Assembly: GCA_945871425.1 (NCBI GenBank)
Contig: CAMBVS010000001.1
Coordinates: 16,303 to 80,302 of the forward strand
DNA length: 64,000 nucleotides
DNA from: Rhizobium sp. Q54
GTDB lineage: Bacteria > Pseudomonadota > Alphaproteobacteria > SHVZ01
Direction of reading: 5' to 3'
The stretch's first letter is position 1; each line of letters opens with the position of its first letter. Both the position numbers and the translations under genes were made by a program. The notes under the pieces are model-generated. The model ran no database searches, had not been told where the DNA came from, and saw only the letters and a list, made by a program, of their open reading frames with translations. Of the stretch, positions 45,134-54,166 are shown piece by piece.

Positions 45134-46135
45134 ATGATGTTCGGCTACGTCGTCCACCGCCTCCTGGTGATGATCCCGACGCTGCTCGCCATCAGCGCCA
45201 TCACCTTCCTGATCATGCAGCTGCCGCCGGGCGACTTCCTGTCGACCCACATCGCCGAGCTGCAGAGCCAGGGCGAGTCCGTCGACATGGCGAAGATCGA
45301 GTTCCTGCGCCAGCAATACGGCCTCGACCACTCGCCGGTGGTCCAGTATTTCCACTGGATCTTCGGCATGCTGCAGGGCGACTTCGGCTACTCATTCGAG
45401 TTCCAGCTGCCGGTCACCAAGGTCGTCGGCGACAAGATGTGGCTAACCGTCATCGTCTCGGTCGCCACCATCCTCTTCACCTGGATCGTCAGCTTTCCGA
45501 TCGCGATCTACTCGGCGACCCACCAGTACTCCTGGGGCGACCACGGCCTGACCCTGATCGGCTTCCTCGGCCTGGCGACGCCCAACTTCCTCCTGGCGCT
45601 GGTTCTGCTCTACTTCGCCAACGCCTATTTCGGCATCTCGATCGGCGGGCTGATGGACGACCGTTTCCTCGATGCGCCGTGGAGCTGGGAGAAGATGCGC
45701 TCGGTCCTGGCCCATCTCTGGGTCCCGACGCTGGTGATCGGCGCGTCGGGCACGGCCGGCATGATCCGGCGCCTTCGCGCCAACCTGCTGGACGAGCTGC
45801 AGAAGCAGTACTACGTCACCGCGCGGGCCAAGGGCATGGGGCCGTTCCGGGCGCTGGTGAAGTATCCGCTGCGCATGTCGCTGAACCCGTTCATCAGCGA
45901 CATCGGCAGCATCCTGCCCAGCATCATCTCCGGCGCCGCGGTGGTCTCCATCGTCATGAACCTGCCGACCACCGGGCCGATGCTGCTCCGCGCCCTCCAG
46001 GCCCAGGACACCTATCTCGCCGGCTCGTTCCTGATGTTCCTGGCCGTGCTGACGGTGGTCGGCGTCTTCCTCTCCGACCTGGCGCTGGCGGCGCTCGATC
46101 CGCGCATCCGGCTCGAAGGCGGGAGCAGCCGATGA
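45134..46135 (+). CDS. ABC transporter permease (YejB/DppB-like)
   Basis: ATG 45134 follows 'ggagg'. 'MMFGYVVHRLLVMIPTLLAISAITFLI' is the typical N-terminus. Six TM segments. Confidence 0.9.
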   Translation: MMFGYVVHRLLVMIPTLLAISAITFLIMQLPPGDFLSTHIAELQSQGESVDMAKIEFLRQQYGLDHSPVVQYFHWIFGMLQGDFGYSFEFQLPVTKVVGDKMWLTVIVSVATILFTWIVSFPIAIYSATHQYSWGDHGLTLIGFLGLATPNFLLALVLLYFANAYFGISIGGLMDDRFLDAPWSWEKMRSVLAHLWVPTLVIGASGTAGMIRRLRANLLDELQKQYYVTARAKGMGPFRALVKYPLRMSLNPFISDIGSILPSIISGAAVVSIVMNLPTTGPMLLRALQAQDTYLAGSFLMFLAVLTVVGVFLSDLALAALDPRIRLEGGSSR

Positions 46136-47292
46136 CCGCCCAGCCGCCGCTCGAGCACTACGTCAGCCGCGCGCCGTTCAATCCGGCGACCGACGAGGCG
46201 CTGACGCCGGAGCAGGAACGCTACTACATGGCGTCGCAGTGGCGGATGATGTGGCGGAAGCTCCGCCGCCATCACCTGGCCGTGCTCTCCGGCGCCATCC
46301 TGATCGTGCTCTACGCCTCGATCCTGGTGACCGAGATGCTGGCGCCCTACAGCGTCGCCACCCGCCACACCGACCACCTGTTCGCGCCGCCGCAGTCGAT
46401 CCATCTTTTCCACGAAGGCAGCTTCGTCGGCCCCTTCGTCTACGGCTACGCCTACCGCCTCAACATGGAGAACCTCAGGCGCGAATACACCGAGGACACG
46501 CGCAAGGTCGAGAAGCTGCGCTTCTTCTGCCAGGGCGACGAGTACCGCTTCTGGGGGATGATCGAGATGAAGTTCCATTTCGTCTGCCCGGCGGTCAACG
46601 GCGAGTTCTTCCTGTTCGGCACCGATCGCCTGGGGCGCGACATGTTCTCGCGCATCCTCTACGGCACCCGCATCTCGCTCACCGTGGGATTGATCGGCAT
46701 CACCATCTCCTTCGTGCTCGGCATCGTCGTCGGCGGGCTTGCCGGGTATTACGGCGGCTGGACCGACGCCATCGTCCAGCGCATCATCGAATGCATCCGC
46801 TCGTTCCCGGAGCTGCCGCTGTGGATGGCGCTCTCCGCCGCGCTCCCGGTCGACTGGAGCCCGGTGCTGATCTATTTCGGCATCACCATCATCTTAGGGC
46901 TCCTCGACTGGACCGGCCTCGCCCGCTCGGTCCGCTCCAAGCTGCTGGCGCTGCGCGAGGAGGACTTCTGCACCGCCGCCGTGCTGATGGGGGCGAAGCC
47001 GGGCCGCATCATCTTCCGCCACCTGATGCCGAGCTTCACCAGCCACCTGATCGCGTCGGCCACGCTGTCGATCCCCAGCATGATCCTCGGCGAGACGGCG
47101 CTGTCGTTCCTGGGCCTCGGACTCCGTCCGCCGATCACCAGCTGGGGCGTGCTGCTGAACGAGGCGCAGAACATCAACGTGGTGGCGCTCTATCCCTGGC
47201 TGATGATCCCGGTTATCCCGGTGATCGTCACCGTCCTCGCCTTCAACTTCCTCGGCGACGGGCTCCGGGACGCGGCGGATCCGTACAAGTAA
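46132..47292 (+). CDS. ABC transporter permease (YejE/DppC-like, long N-terminus)
   Basis: The ATG overlaps the upstream stop (ATGA). 'GTDRLGRDMFSRILYG' plus an EAA-like region. Confidence 0.9.
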   Translation: MTAQPPLEHYVSRAPFNPATDEALTPEQERYYMASQWRMMWRKLRRHHLAVLSGAILIVLYASILVTEMLAPYSVATRHTDHLFAPPQSIHLFHEGSFVGPFVYGYAYRLNMENLRREYTEDTRKVEKLRFFCQGDEYRFWGMIEMKFHFVCPAVNGEFFLFGTDRLGRDMFSRILYGTRISLTVGLIGITISFVLGIVVGGLAGYYGGWTDAIVQRIIECIRSFPELPLWMALSAALPVDWSPVLIYFGITIILGLLDWTGLARSVRSKLLALREEDFCTAAVLMGAKPGRIIFRHLMPSFTSHLIASATLSIPSMILGETALSFLGLGLRPPITSWGVLLNEAQNINVVALYPWLMIPVIPVIVTVLAFNFLGDGLRDAADPYK

Positions 47293-48501
47293 CTAGTTCG
47301 GCTTTCCCGCCTCTCTGAGCGGCTTCGTCAGCAGTCCGGCGATCCCGCCGGCCACGGTCATCGCACCGACCAGGCCGACGGTCGCGGCGATGCCGATCGC
47401 AGGCAGCAGGAATCCGGCGAGCGCGCCGCCGACCGGGCGGCCGGACTGCATCAGCATCCGCAAGAGCGCGAAGGCGCGGCCGCGCATGGCTTCCGGGATG
47501 ATCGCCATGCGCAAGGTCTGCGCCCAGGGGGTCAGCGGTGCGGCGGCGATGCCCCAGGCGAGGAAGACGGCGCCGGTCAAGGTCGCGTCCGGGGCGAGGA
47601 GGACGAGCAGCAGCACCAGGCCCGCGAGCGTCTGCGCCAGCGCGATGCCGAGGCCGAGCCGCACCCGGCCGCCGATCTGCCCGATCGCCAGCGTCGCCCC
47701 GATCTGGCCGACCGAGATGATGCCGAGCAAGATGCCGTAGAGTTCGGGCCCGCCGCCGAGAGTCTGCTCGACATGCAGAGGCAGCCACACCGGAACGCTG
47801 CCGGTGCCGATGTTGTAGACGAGGAACATGAAGGTGGTGGCGATCAGGATCGGATTGCCGAAGAGAAGACGGACAGCATCGCCGATCGGCGCCGATGCCC
47901 GCTTCACCGGCGCCGGCAGCGACAGCTTGAGCCGGAAGAGGATCAGCGCGAAGAGAACGTAGGAGACGACGTCCAGCATCACCGTCGCCGGCGCGCCGAT
48001 GCCGGCGATGAGGAGGCCGGCCAGCACCGGCCCGGCGACCCCGGCCAGCGAGTAGGCCAGGGTCTCCAGCGCGTTCGCCGTCGCCAGGCGCTCCTTCGGC
48101 GCCAGCGCCAGGATCATCGTCGGCGTGCCGGCGAGCGAGATCATCAGGAGGAGGCCGTAGACGGATGCCGCGACATACACGTGCCAGACCTCGAGCCAGC
48201 CGAGCAGATGCAGCGCCGGCACCGCGGCGAGTGCCAAGCCGCGGATGAGGTTGTCGACGGTCATCACCAGGCGGCGGTCGAAGCGATCCAGCAGCCAGCC
48301 GGCGACGAAGCCGCCGACCACGATCGGCCCGGTCAGGCAGAGCATGAGGATGCCGAGCGCCTCCGCCGATCCGGTCCGCTCGTAGACGAACCAGACCAGC
48401 GCCACCTTGGTCAGCTCGTCGCCGGTGGCCGAGACCAGCAGGCCCGCCCAGAAGCGGCGGAACGGCGGATCGCTGAGGAGATCGGCGTAGGGGCTGGACA
48501 C
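47293..48501 (-). CDS. MFS transporter
   Basis: 402 aa, 'FRRFWAGLLVSATGDELTKVAL', about 12 TM segments. High GC: 45/60 on line 47401. Confidence 0.8.
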   Translation of the reverse strand: MSSPYADLLSDPPFRRFWAGLLVSATGDELTKVALVWFVYERTGSAEALGILMLCLTGPIVVGGFVAGWLLDRFDRRLVMTVDNLIRGLALAAVPALHLLGWLEVWHVYVAASVYGLLLMISLAGTPTMILALAPKERLATANALETLAYSLAGVAGPVLAGLLIAGIGAPATVMLDVVSYVLFALILFRLKLSLPAPVKRASAPIGDAVRLLFGNPILIATTFMFLVYNIGTGSVPVWLPLHVEQTLGGGPELYGILLGIISVGQIGATLAIGQIGGRVRLGLGIALAQTLAGLVLLLVLLAPDATLTGAVFLAWGIAAAPLTPWAQTLRMAIIPEAMRGRAFALLRMLMQSGRPVGGALAGFLLPAIGIAATVGLVGAMTVAGGIAGLLTKPLREAGKPN

Positions 48502-48743
48502 GGGGGTTGAGAATAGACGCCCGGTCCTGCCACCGTCCTGTCAGGTATCGACTGGCGGGGGGGCGGGTGATCGGCTATCACGCGATCGACAAACGCCCCC
48601 ACCCGGGCGGCGGCGAAGACGCCGCCTCTCCTCCCCGGCTTCGCCGAGAGAGGGGGTTCGATTTCGAAACCCTGCCTCGGCTGCGCAGCAGACGGATGAG
48701 GGCAGGGGAGAGGCTTGAGCCCGGACTTCAAGAGGACTTCATC

Positions 48744-51554
48744 GTGGACTTTGCCGGCGGACCGCTGATCGGACGAATCCTAGAAATCGCGAGGCGGGCC
48801 GGTGACGAGCCGTTTCTTCGCTTGCTCGGTGCTGACGGAATCGCGACAGAGTTGTCCTACGGTGTTCTTCTCCAGCAGGCGGGCGTGTGGTCGAAGATCT
48901 ACCGAAAACATAATTTAGAGCCCGGCCAGCGGGTGGCGATCTTCCTACCGCATTCCGTTGACAGCTATGCCGCTTTTCTCGGCGCGCTTCTAAGCGCCCT
49001 TGTTCCGGCGATGCTGCCTCCGCCGTCGCCCAAGCTCTCGACGGGCCGCTTCAACGCTACAGTATTGCCCGTCTTGCCCATTACGAAATCTCACGCGGTC
49101 GTTCTTGGCGCGGACTTTCGCGCGGGATTCGAGGCGCAGCCGGGGCTAACAGTTCTCGATGCATCCGCGACGCTGTCGGAGACGGTCCCGACGTTGGACC
49201 AGGTCACATTCCCGATCGGAGGCCTGGGAAACACGCCTGCATTTCTCCAGTACAGTTCCGGCACGACGGGTCTTCGAAAGGCCGTCGCAATTTCTCAGCA
49301 TGCATGCGTTCGACAAGTGGATCTTTACCGCGCGGCGATCGAGCTCAGCCCTTCAGACTCGATCGTTTCGTGGCTCCCGCTTTACCACGACATGGGTCTG
49401 ATCGCATGCTGGATGCTGCCCCTCTTGACGGGAACGCCAGTCACCACGATGTCGCCCTTCGATTGGGTAGGGCGACCTTCCATGTTGACGCGCGCCATCG
49501 AGGACTATCGACCTACGCTCTGCTGGCTTCCGAATTTCGCGTTCTCGCATCTTGCCCGCTCGATCACGGGACGTGATTTGACTCTTGGAAGTTGGAGTTC
49601 GCTGCGCGCGGTCATCAATTGCTCGGAACCAATTCGGCATGTGAGTCACGAGGCGTTTCTACGCAGATTCAAGTCGGCGGGCGTCACACCTGCCAAGATC
49701 GCTACTTGCTATGCGATGGCAGAGGCTACGTTTGCCGTAACCTCATCGCGGGTCGGGGAGCCTCCCCCGACCCTGTCGGTTGATCCGACAAGTCTCGGCG
49801 TTGGGTCCACCGTTCGTCCAGGTGAGAGGCGGCTGGTATCATCCGGGCGGCCCATAGGAGGGACGACCGTTCGCATCGTCGATGATCGTGGCAACGATGT
49901 CCCGGACAGTGTCGTTGGTCACGTGCGCGTGACGAGCGAGAGTCTCGCAGCCGGATATCTCGAGAACGACGAAGCAACGCAAGCTGCCTTCGCTGGTAAC
50001 GAGCTGCACACAGGTGATTTAGGCTTCGTGAGTGGTGGCGAGACGTTCGTCCTGGGGCGGGCCGACGACATGATCATCGTCGCCGGACGAAACATCTATC
50101 CCCAGGATTTGGAATGCGTCGCGGAATCGATTCCGGGGACGATTCCTGGCCGATCGGTCGCATTCGGTGTCGATGATGCTGTCGATGGCACCGCTCACAT
50201 CATTGTCGTTGTTGAAGTCGAGGAGGCACGAAACCGCGATGTCCTGGAGCGGCAGATTGCTTCCGAGCTGGTTGCCCAAGTCGATGTGTCGCCGCGAGTA
50301 GTCAAGATCGTCGATCGTGGTTGGCTCATCAAGTCGACGTCCGGAAAGGTGTCTCGTCGGCTCAACCGCGATCGCTATCTATCTGAGGCGACAACGCCGC
50401 CTCAGGCTTCAGAACTGACGCGACCCGACAAGCACGCGCCGCTTCGCAGCTTCGTACGGGCTGCCGTATCAGCGGCCCTGGGGCGGTCAGCGCCGGCTGA
50501 CGACGAGTCTCTCATCATGAGCGGTCTTCTCGATTCCCTTTCGTTGACGACTTTGCTTCTCGAACTCGGCGAGCGCATCGGCGACCGACTGCCAATGCCC
50601 AATGTCGTGGGTTTTCGCCACTATGAGACGATTGAATCCATCTGCCGCTTGCTGGACGAAGTCGAACGGGGATTCTCCTTACCCGCACGAGAAGCGCTGT
50701 CGAGAGTTCGAGAAACAAAGGTAAAGGGCCTGTCGAGATCTACAGGCGCACTCGACCTCATCATCTTGGGGAGTAGTACGTTCTTGGCTGTTCCCAGTCG
50801 GATGACGAAGGCTTCCGCAATGTCTGGCTTCAATCTGTCGGTGAACGGGGCAACGCTCGCCGAACTCTACTGCTTGTTGCAGCTTGCGAGGAATCGTCGG
50901 AAAGCAATCCATCGCGCCATTGTCGGCCTCGATCTTTGCGCTTTCAGGGCAAGATCAGCAGTTCTTGACCTAAAAACACTCACACTTCCGGAGGTCGCAG
51001 CGTATCTGGCGCCAGAGGATCAGGCGGAGATCGCGCAACGCAAGCGCGAGGCATTGCTGGCGTCTCAGCATTCCCGCATCAACCTTGAGCGGCTTGCCGA
51101 ATGGACTCCGGAAGTGGCGACCAATATCGATGAGCAGACAGGCGAGCTGATATTTGCGACGCCCAACGGACACCGGTCGGTGCGACGGCATGGTCCGGAG
51201 GAAATGACCCACGAAATGGTTATGGCATATGCCGAGTTCGACGCCCTCTGTCCGAGGCAAGTGACCTACCTTCAACGCCTTGTTTCCATCGCCGCGACGG
51301 CGGGGATCATGCTCGATCTCGTCGTCGTGCCTATTAATCCCAACCTTCACTCGTTCCTTGCGCAAAGCACGCGCTATTTTCAACGACGAACGGACGTTCT
51401 TGCGAAGCTCGAACCACTTCGTTCAGAGACGGTGAGGGTTCATGACATGATGACCCCGAGCGCTTTCGGTGGTGCCAATGATGGCTTCACGGATGCGCAC
51501 CATTTCGGTCCCGAAATTGCGACTCCGCTCTTAGAACACATTCTATCAGCCTAG
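48744..51554 (+). CDS. fusion protein: fatty-acyl-AMP ligase (FAAL-type adenylation) + carrier protein + DltD-like/SGNH-type C-terminal domain
   Basis: GTG 48744 follows 'agagga' (alternative ATG 48696). Adenylation motifs are 'YSSGTTGLRKAV', 'WLPLYHDMGL', 'HTGDLGF', 'GRADDMIIVAGRNIYPQDLE' and 'SGKVSRR'. The carrier motif is 'GLLDSLS'. The C-terminal ~300 aa carry 'LIILGSSTF' and 'FTDAHHFG'. Lower GC: 34/60 and 30/60 on lines 49201 and 50941. Confidence 0.75.
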   Translation: MDFAGGPLIGRILEIARRAGDEPFLRLLGADGIATELSYGVLLQQAGVWSKIYRKHNLEPGQRVAIFLPHSVDSYAAFLGALLSALVPAMLPPPSPKLSTGRFNATVLPVLPITKSHAVVLGADFRAGFEAQPGLTVLDASATLSETVPTLDQVTFPIGGLGNTPAFLQYSSGTTGLRKAVAISQHACVRQVDLYRAAIELSPSDSIVSWLPLYHDMGLIACWMLPLLTGTPVTTMSPFDWVGRPSMLTRAIEDYRPTLCWLPNFAFSHLARSITGRDLTLGSWSSLRAVINCSEPIRHVSHEAFLRRFKSAGVTPAKIATCYAMAEATFAVTSSRVGEPPPTLSVDPTSLGVGSTVRPGERRLVSSGRPIGGTTVRIVDDRGNDVPDSVVGHVRVTSESLAAGYLENDEATQAAFAGNELHTGDLGFVSGGETFVLGRADDMIIVAGRNIYPQDLECVAESIPGTIPGRSVAFGVDDAVDGTAHIIVVVEVEEARNRDVLERQIASELVAQVDVSPRVVKIVDRGWLIKSTSGKVSRRLNRDRYLSEATTPPQASELTRPDKHAPLRSFVRAAVSAALGRSAPADDESLIMSGLLDSLSLTTLLLELGERIGDRLPMPNVVGFRHYETIESICRLLDEVERGFSLPAREALSRVRETKVKGLSRSTGALDLIILGSSTFLAVPSRMTKASAMSGFNLSVNGATLAELYCLLQLARNRRKAIHRAIVGLDLCAFRARSAVLDLKTLTLPEVAAYLAPEDQAEIAQRKREALLASQHSRINLERLAEWTPEVATNIDEQTGELIFATPNGHRSVRRHGPEEMTHEMVMAYAEFDALCPRQVTYLQRLVSIAATAGIMLDLVVVPINPNLHSFLAQSTRYFQRRTDVLAKLEPLRSETVRVHDMMTPSAFGGANDGFTDAHHFGPEIATPLLEHILSA

Positions 51555-51581
51555 CGTGGGCAGCGAAGGCCGGCAGTAGGA

Positions 51582-51613
51582 GATGGTCGGCGGCATCGAA
51601 CCGCCGGGCCGAC
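51582..51613 (-). other. tRNA 3'-end-like fragment (T-arm plus acceptor strand), minus orientation
   Basis: The reverse complement reads 'ggcgg-ttcgatg-ccgcc-gaccatc-t'. No matching 5' acceptor strand is nearby. Confidence 0.25.
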
Positions 51614-51679
51614 GCCGATGGGTAACATAGCCACGACACTTGGCAGTTAAGCCATTAAGAATCCTTGATTTACAGAGTG

Positions 51680-51720
51680 TTCTGACTCCGCCAGTCTAGG
51701 TTCGAATCCTAGGTCCCTCG
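51680..51720 (+). other. tRNA 3'-half-like fragment (anticodon-loop-like, T-arm, acceptor 3' strand): possible integration-site remnant
   Basis: 'ctagg-ttcgaat-cctag-gtccctc-g' has the GGTTCGAATCC T-loop consensus. The complementary 5' acceptor 'gagggac' is absent from the preceding ~100 nt, so this is not an intact tRNA. Confidence 0.4.
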
Positions 51721-51737
51721 TTCATCCGGATGAACCC

Positions 51738-52934
51738 ATGCCTCGCTTCAACACCCTCGACGATCTCTCCGTGAAATCGAAGCGCGTGCTCGTGCGCGCC
51801 GATCTCAACGTGCCGGTCAAGGACGGCAGGGCGACCGATACCACCCGCATCGACCGCCTGGTGCCGACGCTGGCGGAGCTGACGGGGAAGGGAGCGCGGG
51901 TCGTCGTACTCTCGCATTTCGGCCGGCCGAAGGGCGGGCCGGACGAGACGAATTCGCTCAAGCACCTGGTGCCCGATCTTGCGAAGGCGGTCGGCAAGCC
52001 GGTCGCCTTCGCCACCGACTGCATCGGTGCGGCCGCCGAGTCGGTGGTCGCGGCGCTGAAGGACGGCGAGATCGCGCTTCTTGAGAATCTCCGCTTCCAC
52101 AAGGGCGAGGAGGCGAATGACGCCGCCTTTGCCGATGCGCTGGCGAAGCTCGGCGATCTCTATGTCGACGATGCCTTCTCGGCGGCGCATCGCGCGCACG
52201 CCTCGATCGAGGCGCTGGCGAAGCGCCTGCCGGCGGCGGCTGGGCGGCTGATGCAGGCGGAGCTTGAGGCGCTGTCGAGAGCGCTCGACAAGCCCGAGCG
52301 GCCGCTCGCCGCCATCGTCGGCGGCGCCAAGGTCTCGACCAAGCTCGACCTCCTCGGCAACCTCGTGGCCAAGGTCGACATCCTCGCCATCGGCGGCGGC
52401 ATGGCGAACACCTTCCTGGTCGCGCAGGGCATCGAGATCGGTCGTTCGCTGGCCGAGCGCGACATGGCGGAGACCGCGCGCGAGATCCTGAAGAAGGCTG
52501 CCGAGCGGAACTGCCGCATCGTGCTGCCGGTCGACGCGGTGGTGGCATCGGCGCTGAAGGAGGGCGTCGACACCCGCACCGTCGCCATCGACTTCGTGCC
52601 GGAGGACCTGATGATCCTCGATGTCGGCCCGAAGAGCGTCGCCGAGCTGACCAAGGTCCTGGGCGAGTGCCGGACGCTGGTGTGGAACGGCCCGCTCGGC
52701 GCCTTCGAGACCAGGCCCTTCGATGCGGCGACGGTGGCGATCGCGCGCGCCGCGGCTGCGCTTACCAAGGCCGGCAAGCTGAACTCGGTCGGCGGCGGCG
52801 GCGACACCGTGGCGGCGCTGACCGCGGCCGGGGTCGAGGAACAGTTCAGCTATGTCTCGACCGCCGGCGGCGCCTTCCTCGAATGGCTCGAAGGCAAGAC
52901 CTTGCCGGGGGTCGCGGCCTTGATGCAGGGTTGA
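51738..52934 (+). CDS. pgk: phosphoglycerate kinase
   Basis: 398 aa. '[11 protein letters not shown]', 'SHFGRPKG', '[12 protein letters not shown]' and '[14 protein letters not shown]' are the classic PGK signatures. Confidence 0.97.
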   Translation: MPRFNTLDDLSVKSKRVLVRADLNVPVKDGRATDTTRIDRLVPTLAELTGKGARVVVLSHFGRPKGGPDETNSLKHLVPDLAKAVGKPVAFATDCIGAAAESVVAALKDGEIALLENLRFHKGEEANDAAFADALAKLGDLYVDDAFSAAHRAHASIEALAKRLPAAAGRLMQAELEALSRALDKPERPLAAIVGGAKVSTKLDLLGNLVAKVDILAIGGGMANTFLVAQGIEIGRSLAERDMAETAREILKKAAERNCRIVLPVDAVVASALKEGVDTRTVAIDFVPEDLMILDVGPKSVAELTKVLGECRTLVWNGPLGAFETRPFDAATVAIARAAAALTKAGKLNSVGGGGDTVAALTAAGVEEQFSYVSTAGGAFLEWLEGKTLPGVAALMQG

Positions 52935-52938
52935 GTCC

Positions 52939-54165
52939 ATGAAAGCCGCGCTCGCCGGACTTCTGTTGGCGGCGGTCGCCTCCGCTGCTTCGGCGGAGGT
53001 GGGCGAGCGCATCCGTCTGATGCCGGCCGACCTGCCGGCGCCCTACGCCACCCGCTCGGTCTCCAACTCGCCCCGTGTCGTCTCGCGGCCGCCGGACGCC
53101 ATGCCGAAGGCGCCGGCTGGATTCCGGGTCAGCCTGTTCCGCGCCGGGCTCTCGCACCCGCGCCACCTGATCGCGGCCGCCAATGGCGACGTGCTTCTGG
53201 CCGAGCCGTCCGAGGACCAGATCACGCTGCTTCGCGACACCGACGGCGACGGCCGGGCGGATCTGGTCCAGCCCTTCGTCGGCGATCTCGACCGCCCGCA
53301 CGGGCTCGCGATCCATGGGGGATATCTCTACATCGGCGACACCGACCGGGTCTGGCGCGTGCCCTACCAGCCGGGCGACACGAAGGCGCGGGGACCGCTG
53401 GAGCCGGTGACCGACGAGGGCGCCATCGGCCCGGGCGGCGGACATTGGACCCGCAACGTCGCGATCTCGCCCGACGGCAGGCAGCTGTTCGTCTCCATCG
53501 GCTCGGCCGGCAATATCGGCGAGGAGCCGGCGCCGCGCGCCACCATCCAGTCGTTCCGCCTCGACGGGCCCAACGGCACCGCCCGCGGCCAGGCCACATA
53601 CGCGTCGGGCTTGCGGAACGCCGTCGGGATCGCGCTCCTGCCCGGCACCGGCCGGCTCTATGCGGTGATCAACGAGCGCGACGGCCTCGGCGACGACCTG
53701 GTGCCGGACTATTTCACCGAGGTCCGTCCCAACGGCTTCTACGGCTGGCCCTATTCCTACATCGGCCGGAACCCGCAGCCGGGATTTGCCGAGCGCAAGC
53801 CGGATCTGGTGCGCCAGGCCATCGTCCCCGATCTCCTGTTCCGCTCGCACTCGGCACCGATCGGCCTGGTCTTCTACCAGGGCACGCGGTTCCCGGCCGA
53901 GTATCGCGGCAACGCCTTCGTCACGCTCAGGGGATCGTGGAACTCAGGCAAGCCGGTCGGCTACCAAGTGGTGCGGATCAGGCTCGAAGACGGGAAGCCC
54001 GACGGCGGCGGCTACGAGGTCTTCCTCGACGGCTTCCGCTTGGGCGGCACCGACCGCGCCGAGGTCTGGGGCCGCCCCGCCGGCATCGCCGAGACGCCCG
54101 ACGGCAGCCTGCTCGTCACCGACGACACCGGCAAGACGATCTGGCGGGTGAGCTTCGGCGGCTGA
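52939..54165 (+). CDS. PQQ-dependent sugar (sorbosone/glucose) dehydrogenase-like beta-propeller protein
   Basis: 408 aa with a signal peptide. 'HPRHL', 'DGDGRAD', 'PHGLA' and 'NERDGLGDDLVPDY' are typical of the family. Confidence 0.72.
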   Translation: MKAALAGLLLAAVASAASAEVGERIRLMPADLPAPYATRSVSNSPRVVSRPPDAMPKAPAGFRVSLFRAGLSHPRHLIAAANGDVLLAEPSEDQITLLRDTDGDGRADLVQPFVGDLDRPHGLAIHGGYLYIGDTDRVWRVPYQPGDTKARGPLEPVTDEGAIGPGGGHWTRNVAISPDGRQLFVSIGSAGNIGEEPAPRATIQSFRLDGPNGTARGQATYASGLRNAVGIALLPGTGRLYAVINERDGLGDDLVPDYFTEVRPNGFYGWPYSYIGRNPQPGFAERKPDLVRQAIVPDLLFRSHSAPIGLVFYQGTRFPAEYRGNAFVTLRGSWNSGKPVGYQVVRIRLEDGKPDGGGYEVFLDGFRLGGTDRAEVWGRPAGIAETPDGSLLVTDDTGKTIWRVSFGG

Positions 54166-54166
54166 G

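Noticed and set aside
51560-51725. An intact tRNA or a two-piece alphaproteobacterial tmRNA gene
   Set aside because: Neither T-arm-like fragment has a complementary 5' acceptor strand or a D-arm within range. No ANDN...-type tag reading frame is present. I therefore kept them only as tRNA-like fragments.
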